A model generated the notes under the pieces. The model did no database searches. It saw nothing but the letters and a program-made list of their open reading frames with translations, and had not been told where the DNA came from. Below, in pieces: positions 52,825 through 64,000 of a DNA stretch of 64,000 bases. Numbering within the stretch: the first letter of the stretch is position 1; every line of letters starts with the position of its first letter. The stretch is from Marsupella aquatica. Lineage: Eukaryota > Plantae > Marchantiophyta. A program made the translations under genes and the position numbers. The stretch spans positions 17,563,437 through 17,627,436 of the forward strand of contig OZ316895.1 of NCBI GenBank assembly GCA_973895155.1, given 5' to 3'.

Positions 52825-53811
52825 CAGAGGTACTATTTCGTGTGATATGTTCTTCTAACACATTGTGCAGTTCTTATAACGCGAGATTGTCACTGTAAAA
52901 CGCAGCATGTTCTACTGTTCTTCAGTGTTCGACCGCGTCGCCGAATGCGGTCGCCTACGATCGCAGTTCCGAGTGAATCAATGTATCCCGCAATGTAGAC
53001 ATTGACAACAATGTGTACAAACATGAACCGTGATGTCAAACAAACCTTATGTTGTGCGGCCGCACGATGAAATAGAGCCTCATAGTTAGATCATGTATAC
53101 ATTGACATAACTGTATACAATGACCACAATGTTGGATGAACCAAGCATAGTGCAACCACAACATATACAAAGCGGTGTAGACATTTACAGCCATGTATAA
53201 AAAAATGTATTAGATTATATATAGTTAAACAAATTAGGGTTTGGAGTAACCGTTGGCTTAGGCGCGGAAAAGCTAAACATGCTTATATCTTGAATAGAAT
53301 ACAGGGTGGATAATGTTTTCAGAGGATGACCGGCCAAATCACTGACATGTTACAGAACTTTTGCACGTTCCTGTCATTTCACACGACACTTTTTTGTGCA
53401 CATGCTTTGCGCGTGAGCTCGCACGGCAGGGTCGTGAGTGTTTCCACTCCCCTAATGTGTACAGTACGCTTATAGGGACAGTGTCAGGCATGGAGGACAA
53501 TGACTCAATGCATTTGTGGACCAGAGGTGATGTTTGGGAAGTCAATGTCCCCTATCATGAGAGGGCACGAACGCAAGACACACAAGAACGTCAGAGGGCT
53601 CGAAAGAATGTTGAGAACCCCCCGAGGATATTGGATGGCAGAACTGCTGAAGAAGGTGCCATCAGATTGTCTGGACGTTTCTTATTTTCATACAATGTGT
53701 GTCAGTCCAATGTGATTTGAAAGTATGACACCGTTTGAGTTCCCATCCAGGCATGCATGTAGCTTCCGCACATGAACATTGATGTCATTGTATACATATT
53801 AACGTGATGAC

Positions 53812-56800
53812 ATGTCTTCCTCTGTTACAGTGGCAGTAGAGGCTGCTCGAATCAAGTTGGGAGAGCACTTCAATAGCTTTGAAGAGTTTGATCGGTGCCT
53901 AGATTCTCTGGCTGTGATGAATGGTCGAGCCATGTCCAGATACAAGACGTTTGCAAATCGATGTATTCGTGTATGCAGGTTTGGAAAGATTGCTAGATCG
54001 AAACAGGTAGTCGATGATGAGGCAGCTTGTGATGATCAAGGTGACAATGACAGCATTCGTTCACATGCTACGGAGGAACCAAACCAGTGGCAGCTTCAAT
54101 TTGAGGAAGAGGATGAAGAGTCAGAAGGTGAGCATGAGTTTCATAGCAGATATGGCCATTGGAGTGGAAGACGATCAAAAGGACCAAGGTCTCAGACATT
54201 GCAGCAAACTACACAACAAGAGAATCGATATCGCAGTCAAGCAGAGGTGTGTGTTGCCGCTGCCACTGCCACCAATGCCACACCTTTTTTTATTCTGGGA
54301 CATCCTACAATCACTTGCTGAAATTCTTGGTGTGTACAATCATGGGGTTTTGCAGATTGAAGATCGTCAATTTCATAATGCCATTAATCAGATCGCTCTT
54401 GCTCGTCAGCAACCTCGTGCACTACTTTCAGCCATTCAAGCGAACACCATGCAGACAAATGTGTCATTGTCTACACAACAATCCGTGCACCAAAATGCAC
54501 CTATATCTGTACAACAAACTGTGCACATAAATACTGTTTTGTCTACACAAGGAAGAGTTGTGCACAACAGACCAAAGTCCATAGTCCAACACACTAGCGT
54601 TTGGTTACCTGGTTCGCAACACCCACGTAAACCTGGTCAACAGAAAACTAGGAAGCCATCTGCAACTGGAGCTTGTGGACAGTTGTCCAGATCTAAGCCC
54701 TCTCCACCAGGACCAGAAGACTTGCTTTACTCAGAGGATGAATGTTCTTTCAGAGTACGTTGCAGTAGAGTGAAGGGTGGGGGTCATATTATCACTGTAT
54801 GTGAACTAACACATACTTGTGCTGCTCACATTCACAAGTGGAGAGCTCCTACTCACAAGTCTGCATGGTTGGGGGTAACATTGGCTCCAAGAATCATCAG
54901 AAATCTGAAAATGCCTGTGAAGGAATTGCTGTCTGGTTTCCAAGGTGACTACAAGCGAGGAAGTAACTACCAGCAAATGTGGCGGGGCAAAGATCTTGTA
55001 GGGCATTGGACCGCTGGCTCACAGAAATCATCTTTTCAGATGATCCCAGCATTGATTGACAGGATTCGGGAGACAGACCCTGGCTGTGTTGCACATTGGT
55101 GCACTATGGAGGACTCCACCATTTTTTGCAGAGCATTCATATGTCCATCTGCCACCAGGAAAGCACTTAACTATACTCAGCCGATGGTTAGTTTAGATGC
55201 TTGTCACACCAAGAATAGAAAATATCCAACTCAACTATTTTTAGCTACATGCCTGGATGGGAACTCAAACGGTGTCATACTTTGCTATGGAGTAGCACCA
55301 GTTGAAAACACAGAGAACTGGCTTTGGTTTCTAGAATTAATGGACAGAGCTGTATATGGCATTGGTAGTGAAGACATTGTCATCATGTCAGATCGTCAAA
55401 AGGGTCTCACTGCTGCTGTAAGTCAGATTTTGCCAGGTAACACCCTTCCACACTTAGATTGCTTAATTCTGTCAAATTTGAGAGTTATGATGATACTGTG
55501 CTAACTGGAGTACAAAATCTAATTTATTATTTTTGGACAGTAGGAAAGATCCATGCACAGTGCGCAAATCATTTGAGGGCAAACGTGAAGACCAGGCATG
55601 GTAGAACAGCAAGTGAATTCTTCTACGGATGTGTCTATGCCAATGATGTGCACCAGTAAGTAAATACACTCACTAGGACCAATATGAAAGCAATTTGCCT
55701 ATTCAGACATTGTGCTTGATGTATTCTATATATTTTGACATTGTGCTTGATGTATTCTGTCTCTGTAAACATTGTCACTCATGTATTCTGTCTCTTTCAA
55801 TTCAGATATGAGTCTGTGCTAGATCGACTGTCTGGTTCATTGATAGCCGGCAAGGGAGTTGATGCAGCACATTACATCCGCGGTCTGGATGTGAAATGTT
55901 ATGCCAGGCATGCATTCCCACTCCCTCGCATGGGTAAGGTCACAAGTAATCCAGCCGAGCAAGCAAATTCTGGATTATTACCATTCCGTCTGCTAGCACC
56001 TGGAAAGTTGTTGGTGGCTCTTTGGGTGTACATTCAACAAAAGTTTAAAGACAGGAGAATAGAGGTTGCATGCAGACAAGAACCACTGTCAAAACCAGCA
56101 CAACTACGATACAATACCAACTTGCAGAACTTCCAACAATTCCAGGTGCAAATTGGCTCTTTCTTTTCCTTTTGTAACAAACATTTTGACCACATGTGGA
56201 GGATGGATTGTCTCACGCTTCATATTTCATACTGTCATGCTACAGGTATTCAGTGATGGTCAATCCAGTGCCAAAATTCAGACTACAACAGGGAGTGAGG
56301 AGTATCTTGTCACTTTATCACCAAAACCAAAGTGCACTTGCATGGAGCTGCAGGAGATGGTTTGGCCATGCCAACATATGCTGGCATGGGATGATGAAAC
56401 AGGAAAGAATCCAGCTAGGCATTTTCATAAATGCTGGCGGACACAGTCTTTGGTTTTACTTTATGATGGTGTATTACCTAGTTTTGTTTCCACTCACCTT
56501 CCATTGAGCTTAAGTTGTCATGCTCCAGAGCCTGCTATAGTGAATGGGCGACATCGAATGGTAAGAATTCATGGGGAAACTCGTTCCAGGGCTTTAGGGA
56601 ATGGGGAGGACCTCCATCTTGATCCAACAGGAAGGTTGTGTCTCAGATATCCAATGGATGATGACAATGAGAGAGGCATTCCGTTTCCAGGTGCAAACTC
56701 TGCGAGTGGCCTCCCAATGGTTGAGATCCTACCTAAGAAAAGGAAGCGGGGTAATGTAAAGTGTACGTGCAGCAGGTGCGGAAAGGTTGGCCACAACAAA

Positions 56801-57173
56801 CGATCTTGCAAAGAAGTTTCAGTTGCCCAAGCAACTGAAGATGATGAGCAGGTACCAAATGTTATAATGTTGCAAGACAGAGATGGTCCATATAAAAGTC
56901 CTAGTTTCATAAGAATTTGTTTACTTATTCTAGTGTTATTGTAATGCGCAGGTGGAAGGGGAAGAGCATGACAATGTGAACAATGCTGGAGAAAGTGAGT
57001 GGCTTGTCACCGTTGGAGCACCAACAATAGGCAGTGGTACTATGCCTTCCAATCCACGCATTCAAAACTCCTTGGATTATGAGTGGGCGCGGCGCATCGC
57101 TGAACTTGCTGAAGAAGCTGCTGATAATTGCCCTTATTTTGGGCTACCTCATGAAGTAGATATCACAGAATAG
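53812..57173 (+). CDS. MuDRA-like transposase, 6 exons (53812-54246, 54356-55436, 55541/55544-55655, 55806-56145, 56246-56851, 56952-57173), ~931 aa, no stops
   Basis: MuDR N-terminal motif LGEHFNSFEEF; CSFRV...HTC; DDE triad VSLDACH, IMSDRQKGL, TSNPAEQAN; HAQCANH; SWIM CTC-x9-CQH; knuckle CSRCGKVGHNKRSC; all GT-AG junctions are phase-compatible. Confidence 0.92.
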
Positions 57174-57470
57174 ACATATACATCACAGTCTACTATTCAC
57201 TATATTGGGAAGTTAGATGGTAGTAGGGCACATTTGTGCATGGACCTAAACACTACCTTGAATGAGTTCAAATTGTTACAAAGTGGATGTTGTATTCCAT
57301 CCAATGAGGAGTGAAGCCTTTTATTTGCATTTGTTAGGTCTGAGTACGCCTTCCATGGTGCATGTGCTGTATGATTATTAAAGTGTTGAATATGACATGT
57401 TTTTTTTCCATTTAGGCCCGACTGTCTTTGTAAAGTTCAAGTGAATGAATTTTTTTGTAACTGTGAATTA

Positions 57471-58170
57471 TGAATACAACGTGAAAAGTGTATACGTGAA
57501 AAAGGTATTTCTATGTTGAAACTCCATAGGTTTTGTCCATTTGGGCAGGCTTCGGCGGAGGCCGTGTTCGTAAAGTCGGAGGGCTAGGGACAATTTTTTT
57601 TCCAAGTGTGAAATCTGAATACAATGTCCAAAGTGTATACATGAAAAATGTATTTCTATGTTGAGATTCCCTAGGTTTTGTCCATTTGGGCAGGCTTCGG
57701 CGGAGGCCATGTTCGGAAAGTCGGAGGGACAATTTTTATTTCCAAGTGTGATATGAATACAATGTCCAAAGTGTATACATGTATTTCTATATTGAGACTC
57801 CATAGGTTTTGTCCATTTGGGCAGGCATCGGCGGAGGGCGTGTTCGTAAAGTCGGAGGGACAATTTTTTGCTTCCAAGTGTGAAATCTGAATACAATGTC
57901 CAAAGTGTGTACATGAAATATGTATCTCTATGTTGAGACTCCATAGGTTTTGTCCATTTGGGCAGGCTTCGGCGGAGGGCGTGTTCGTAAAGTCGAAGGG
58001 ACATTTTTTTCCAAGTGTGAAATCTGAATACATCGTCCAGATCGTATACATGAAAAAGGGTTTTCTGTGTTCAAATTCCGTAGTTTTTGTCCATTTGGGC
58101 GCCTTAGTCAGTGGGAAGGATTCGACAGTGGGGCGTCTTCGTCGTAAAGTCAGAGAAAATGTGAATACAA
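57471..58170. repeat. Tandem array, ~5 x 134-145 bp, inside the MULE
   Basis: tgaataca...ttttgtccatttgggcaggcttcggcggagg...ttccaagtgtga units start at ~57471, 57616, 57754, 57888, 58025. Confidence 0.95.
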
Positions 58171-58349
58171 CATACATATTGTATCCCAGCCATAGATCTA
58201 CTATGACCATTTTTGGAACAGATCATGTTATATAGTCTTCAAAGAGAGCAAGAAATGCAGGAACATTTCATATTTATTATCATGAACACATTGGTGACAA
58301 AACAGGGCTAGGTACCCTAGACTATCCCTTAGATATTGCTAATTGTACC

Positions 58350-61290
58350 CTAAACTTCATCCACATTATTAATCATTTTATCGATTGCCTTGTGAAAAGA
58401 GGTAACATCAGCCTGGCTACAATCTTGGAGAATTTGTGATGCGTGCAAGGAATCCAAAATATCGTCCTCCTGCACAGTGACCTCTTGTGGTACAGACCCC
58501 GGGATTACAAATTCACTTTGCGCCTTGCCCAATGGCCCACGAACTGTCAATTTTCTCCAACGTCTACTTGCATATGGGTCTGGTTGCACATCAGGTGGTT
58601 TCTGGTACTCCTGCAAATTCACATATGAAAGCAATCAGCAAAGAAACACATCTTACCAATCAATCATGCCACCAAAGTCAATTACATAAGGTGTGCTCCC
58701 TACCGGTGCAGTCACCTCTCCTGATGGGATTGCAGACACATTCGGTGGAAGGGCAGTACCCTGAGTTTCAATAGTGTTGCCTCCCTCTGGTGCTGGTTGT
58801 GCATTGACATCCTGGACTTGTTTAGATGAATCCTGCAATTGTAAGGCTGAAATCAGTATCAAGCGAATCATGTGTTTAGTCCCTATACAATATGGCCACA
58901 TAGTACACAATGATTTGTACTTACCTTGGTTTTAGTTCTGGTCTTTCTTTTTGTTTGGGCAATTTTCTCTTCGGTGGGAGCAGTTGTTTGCTTCCTCTTT
59001 GAACGTCTAGGTTCACTTTTTTCTGTCTCCGGGGGTGTCGTTGCTTGCTCTCCTTCCTTTGGTCCCTGACATTGCAAACTAAGGTGATTGCATGTTTAAA
59101 TCAAATAAGTACACATAGAATACATTTTTACCACTATCTATGTTGGAATGTTCCTCCTTGGCCTATTGAAAACACGCTTACCTCAGGCGCGGGCTTTTGT
59201 GGTTGTACAGATTTCTTGGTTCTCTTTGATTTCCTCTTAGATTGTTCAGGTGTAGGTCCTTCATGGGATTCAGGAACCTAAAATGCAGTACTCGGAGTAC
59301 AGGCACATTCAAACAGTAAGTATACATTAACATCATGGTATACAACATAAGATTGGTGTCCTACTCTTGAACTTGCAGTGTTGATAAAACAGGAAACGTT
59401 CTCCACACTATTTACACATGTTGCAAAGAACTTTCATCTGTAAACATTACCTGGTCAGCTTGCTGAGAATCTACGGGAAGGGTGGTGTTTCCGTTCGGTG
59501 GTGGCTCTACAGATTGTTCGGGTGTAGGTCCTTCATGGGATTCAGGATCCTAAAATGCAATACTCGGGGTACAGGCGCATTCAAACAGTGAGTATACATT
59601 AACATCATGGTATTCAACATAATGTCCTACTCTTGAACTTGCAGTGTTGATAAAACAGGAAACGTTCTCCACACTATTTACACATTTTGCAAAGAACTTT
59701 CATCTGTAAACGTTACCTGGTCAGCTTGCTGAGAATCTACGGGAAGGGTGGTGTTGCCGTTCGGTGGTGGCTCTACAGATTTCTTGGTTCTTTTTGTTTT
59801 CCGCTTTGATTGGTTGGCTTCGGCTCCTTTGTTGGGAGGAACCTGAAAAAGCAATACTCGGGCTAAGAGCACTAAACCATCGTGCATACATTGATATCAT
59901 GGTATACAAATGGGATAATTACATTGGAAGTGCAAATTTACCTCATCGGCTTCCTGAGTGTCAACAGGAGGCGTAATTTTCTGTGGAGGTTGCTTCTTGG
60001 GTTCGTTTGGCTTCCTGCGTGGCTTTCCTTTCTTCCCTGATTCTTTGGCTTGAGCTTCGTCATTCAAAGGAACCTGAAGTTTCGTAGACATTCCGGTCAA
60101 TGTTGTCAAACTATGCAGATTCAGAAAAAATCATTGGCAGAAGGGGAAGAGGAACTATACCTCTGCTGCGTCTTCTTCATCAGAGGACTCATGATAATCT
60201 AATCCCCACTTGTCAGGGGTGGGCTCGTACCCCTCCTCATCTGAGGTATCAACCCACACTTCGTGAACTCCAGCCTGCAATATGAAAATTGGTGTAAACA
60301 TTGTGCGCAAAGTATACACAACAATGCAAAGGCAAGTAAAATGATTGTGTTATGTACCGCTGCCTCTGCTTCTTCTTGTGACATGCCATCACTTGTGTAA
60401 TCTTTCACACAATTTCGACCGGCTGTGGCAATTGACAGATGCTTCTGCTCCTTTTTTCACTTCACATAGTCTGGATAGGCATGGTCAAAATCGATTTCTT
60501 TTGCTCCGACTTTCCACAACAGACTTTCCCTTTTCTTCCTCAAAAACTCCAAGGCGTCTGCAACAATGAGTTCTCTACTCTCCTCACCTGCTGAAGGTTG
60601 GACAGACTGGGCAGGGACATCTCTCAGCGGAAAAAGTACCTGTAATAGTCGACAATCAACCTGCAAAGCATGCAACTTTCGATCCACAGGCAACTGAGCA
60701 GGCAATTGCTGCACATGCTCGGCCCAGTGATACACAGCATTGGTGATAGGAGCAGAGCTGACATGCTCCTGTAACATCTCAAAGAAACTATCGTCTACCA
60801 AGCAGCCCCAGCCACTCTTCTCCTTCGGACGAATGTGGTAGACCTTAATGAGACGAACAAGCACCGATTTTGATGGAACCGATGGCTCCTTCTTCCCCAG
60901 AACTGAAACGCAATAGTCCACCTTCAGTTGATTCTTTTTGCGCTGCTTCGTCATTTGCCATCTTAGCTTGGCAGTCGACCGTAATCGAATCCATGACGCA
61001 CCTTCCGTCTTCTTACCACTGTTGTTGCTGCATTTCTGTGGTTTCTTGGCGGGACGAGAGGTGTTGAGTTTTGAACTCAACCAAGGCAGGCCTGGCTCCA
61101 ACAAATCAGCAGGGAGTTTTCGGCCATGCTTGGTGCTCAAGTGAGTCTGAAATGACTTGAACGAAGAGAAACCGCGAGGAGCATGACCGGCGCATATACA
61201 CTTGAATACGTGGTTCCCCTGCTCGCCTACACGGTATCGAAAATGCTGTCCCTCCTTTGCCAATGTTAGTTTCTTGGCATGGGGCACCAT
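58350..61290 (-). CDS. MULE gene B: 9-exon zinc-finger/disordered protein (~676 aa), one in-frame TGA at 60457-60459 (possibly pseudogenised)
   Basis: Exons 61290-60358, 60274-60161, 60073-59942, 59842-59717, 59549-59451, 59277-59182, 59065-58925, 58832-58704, 58610-58350, all GT-AG and phase 0; C2H2-like FKCIC-x7-F-x5-F-x2-H-x4-H; start codon and last donor are uncertain. Confidence 0.72.
59240..59781. repeat. Tandem duplication (~270 bp) spanning an exon-intron unit of gene B
   Basis: 59240-59515 and 59511-59781 are near-identical, including intron sequence. Confidence 0.9.
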
Positions 61291-62084
61291 GACTACCTTG
61301 GTTGGGTTCAAAACCCAACCGACCTGCCCAACGTTCACTCCTTGATCTCCCTGAATCGCTCGACAGTCACTCCAATCACCCGACAGGCAATCCCAAGTGA
61401 TTTCACAATCCCCCTTCACCAGCACCAGCTCCCTGAATCGCTCTATACTCACTCACTCCCAATCGCGCGCAATCCCCCATGACCAGCTCCCTAAATCGAT
61501 CGCTCCCAATCGCTCCCAATCGCGCACAATCCCCCTTCACCAGCACATCAGGCCTTCGATCGATCGATTTGCGAGCTCCAATAGTGGAATCCCTCCCTAA
61601 AACAATCCTCCTCGCTCATCGGCCGCCATCTCTCTAAAATCCTAAACCCTCGCCAAAGATAAGGCATACGCGCAACTGATTGTGCACCCTAAACCCTAGC
61701 AATGAAGTAGCAAAGCAGGCGCAACCTAGACGTGTTACATGAAATAGAATTCAAAGTATACATACACCATGTAGTATTCTGTGTTGTATTCTCAACATAC
61801 AAAAGAATGTTGCAACATGTTACATAATAGATAGATCAGAGAATACATAAACAATGTTGTATTCTATTCATAACGCAAGAGAAAATACCCATTACACAAT
61901 ACAGGTTTTCAAAATTATGCAACTGAAGGGCTCCCCCAATACTCATCTAAAATGCGAATTGTTCATCATTGAAGCTACAGAGAATGCTAAATGACACTAA
62001 ATCATCTTACCAAACCACCAATCTCTTCAAGAAATAACAAGAATACAACAACCAAAACGTATTCTGCATGACACAACATCCCTA

Positions 62085-62723
62085 TCATTTGCCTTTCGAG
62101 TCTTCGGCGGATTCGATGGTGGACAAGCGAAACTTTGAAATCATTGCTGCAGTCACCTCCAACTGCTGCATAAGGACATCAGCATCCACAAGATTGCTTC
62201 TGCTGATCACTTTCTCAACTCTTGTTCTCACAGGGGCACGACTAGGAGGGCATCGCCACATCTCAACAACAAGCTTATTCACAACAGCAGAGTGTCGTCC
62301 TGCCTTAATCCACACTAGACAGTATGGGATCTGAGAAATTTGCTGGTGCATTGTTTCAAGTTGGCGAATGGTACCATACTCTGCAAATTCATCAGCAGTC
62401 ATGTCCACAAGCTCTCGTGCAGCTTGAAAGATAGTGGCCTTGAATGGCCCAGTGTTCTCATATGCATCCACCATGCAAATATCGAACCTATACAAATGAC
62501 AATTGTTACCGTCTACCAGTGGGTCGTGCTTGCATTGCTCCGCTGCCTCAATGGACTTCCCACAAACCAAACCACCGCCAATGCCATGCCTGCAACCTCT
62601 GTAAGTGAACTTTCTGGGCCATGGGAAATCAGAGTGAAAATTACAAACATATACCGGGATTGGCCCAATGATGCTGTCTGGCCGCTCCTTCATTGCAATT
62701 CGCACATCCTCAAGGGTCGACAT
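62085..62723 (-). CDS. MULE gene C: intronless RPA70 C-terminal (zinc-ribbon OB-fold)-like protein, 212 aa
   Basis: FTYRGC-x9-CGKSI...CKH...YRFDICMVD...TGPFKATIFQAARELVDMTADEF parallels the RPA70-C pattern YxAC..CxKKV..C..RY.l.l...D.TG....TaF...aeellGxsAxE; first ATG at 62723 (ORF track start is GTG). Confidence 0.75.
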   Translation of the reverse strand: MSTLEDVRIAMKERPDSIIGPIPVYVCNFHSDFPWPRKFTYRGCRHGIGGGLVCGKSIEAAEQCKHDPLVDGNNCHLYRFDICMVDAYENTGPFKATIFQAARELVDMTADEFAEYGTIRQLETMHQQISQIPYCLVWIKAGRHSAVVNKLVVEMWRCPPSRAPVRTRVEKVISRSNLVDADVLMQQLEVTAAMISKFRLSTIESAEDSKGK

Positions 62724-63251
62724 AGCAGGAACACGAGCCGGAACTAGCAACACGAGAAAATGCGAGAAAATGTCGAGAAACAAACCAAATGACAACAAAA
62801 CAGGTTCCGAAAGGGTTCCATAAAGGGCGGGCACATTTGAATTTTGAAAATTATTCCTTTAAGATTTGTACACATTATGGACAATGTCTTCATAAAAGCA
62901 AGGAGGTTCGGGGAGGTACGGCTTGCCGGCTGTTGCAAGCTCCAATAAACTATTTCCTTTGTATCTTGAACACTAAAGTGACAATGTATTTTGAAATCCT
63001 GTGAGGCCGGGCACGAAGGCTCCAATGCCACCGCAAACTCGTTCAATTATTGTTTTGAATACAATAGTCATACTGTATTCACAAAAACTGCCATGGTGCT
63101 GAGCGGAGCTCGATTGCCGCCAGGGCTACGACGCTTGTGGACTGCGACGTTATTGACGGCCGACTACACATGACCAACCACGGTTTCCACAGGGTACGCA
63201 GTGGACTCGAACTGCGTGGTAAGTTGTTTCATAAGAACATGCCTGTACGGA

Positions 63252-63371
63252 GTGGGCCCGGAGGTCCATTGGGAGAGAATCTAAACTTTGGAGTCCATTG
63301 GGAGGGCGTGGGAAACTTTTGGTCCATTAAGAGAGAAAGTTGCATTTGGAGGTCCACTAAGTATATCTCTC
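63252..63371 (-). repeat. MULE right TIR (~120 bp)
   Basis: Matches left TIR but contains one extra ~29-bp subunit. Confidence 0.95.
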
Positions 63372-64000
63372 GGTTTTGGGTTGACTCAAAACTTCACTGA
63401 GTGACAGACGGTCTTTATTTTCTCTTTTGTGGGCTGATTTTATATTTTGTCCTTGAGACTATTTTCACTCGGACTTAGCAAGGACCCTCTTGAGTTACCT
63501 GATGGCCACTACATTCACCGAATACTGCCTCCATCACACCCAGGCAGTCTGGATTTCGGTAACATAATCTACTCCATCACAGGAAGGGGTACAGCAGGGA
63601 AACGACACCAACTGCAAGCTATCCACTTCAGTCTATGTAACTAGCCAATTGAAAAGGGGAAGACATTAGTGAACTCCTCAATATCTTTGAATGAAATTTC
63701 TACGACTGCGCGGAACACATGCGCAGCAACTTTGACAACAACTTTGCCAACTGTTTTATTTCATTCACGGTTTCGTTATTTCTGATTCAATATAACGTCC
63801 ATTTGCGGAATTTAGAACGTACTGTGGCAGTATTCGAAGAGACAAAATGCCGACCCCACTTGTGTATTTCAAGTTTTGTCCGATCTTCATATTGAACTTT
63901 CACAGGCTATAAAGTGGCATTGAAAGGCAAATGTGATCATTACAAGGGCACGCCTTTCTACAAAAAAATTCGTAAGGTCAAAGGTGTATGATATTTATCT

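Larger units (their letters stand above)
52734..63371 (+). mobile_element. Autonomous-type Mutator-like element (MULE), 10,638 bp, three genes
   Basis: TIRs beginning GAGAGATATACTTAGTGGACCTCC at both ends; perfect 10-bp TSD ggttttgggt (52724-52733, 63372-63381); MuDRA-like transposase inside. Confidence 0.96.

Noticed and set aside
53812-54321. Separate 169-aa gene or frameshift before the transposase
   Set aside because: Explained by a phase-0 intron at 54247-54355.
57471-58170. CRISPR-like appearance of the regular repeat array
   Set aside because: Whole units are repeated with no unique spacers, no cas genes, and the context is eukaryotic.
57468-58235. Several 70-180-aa ORFs
   Set aside because: Translations of the tandem array in multiple frames on both strands.

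Overview
Eukaryotic, land-plant-type nuclear DNA (spliceosomal introns, WRKY gene; a bryophyte/liverwort origin is only a guess). One host gene is clear: a 3-exon, ~814-aa group-IIc WRKY transcription factor (minus strand, 16485-20247). The rest is transposon-derived or unannotated non-coding DNA. It includes a full-length but decayed Ty1/copia element (43179-49668, TSD CATAT), four related solo LTRs (one inserted inverted inside another), several MITE-like elements with 8-9-bp TSDs, LINE and SINE remnants and tandem repeats. The most interesting structure is a 10.6-kb Mutator-like element (52734-63371) with matching TIRs and a perfect 10-bp TSD. It carries an apparently intact 6-exon transposase, a convergent 9-exon zinc-finger/disordered-protein gene with one in-frame stop, an intronless RPA70-C-like OB-fold gene, and a ~138-bp tandem array between the convergent genes. 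All exon models and alignments were read by eye; no database searches were run.
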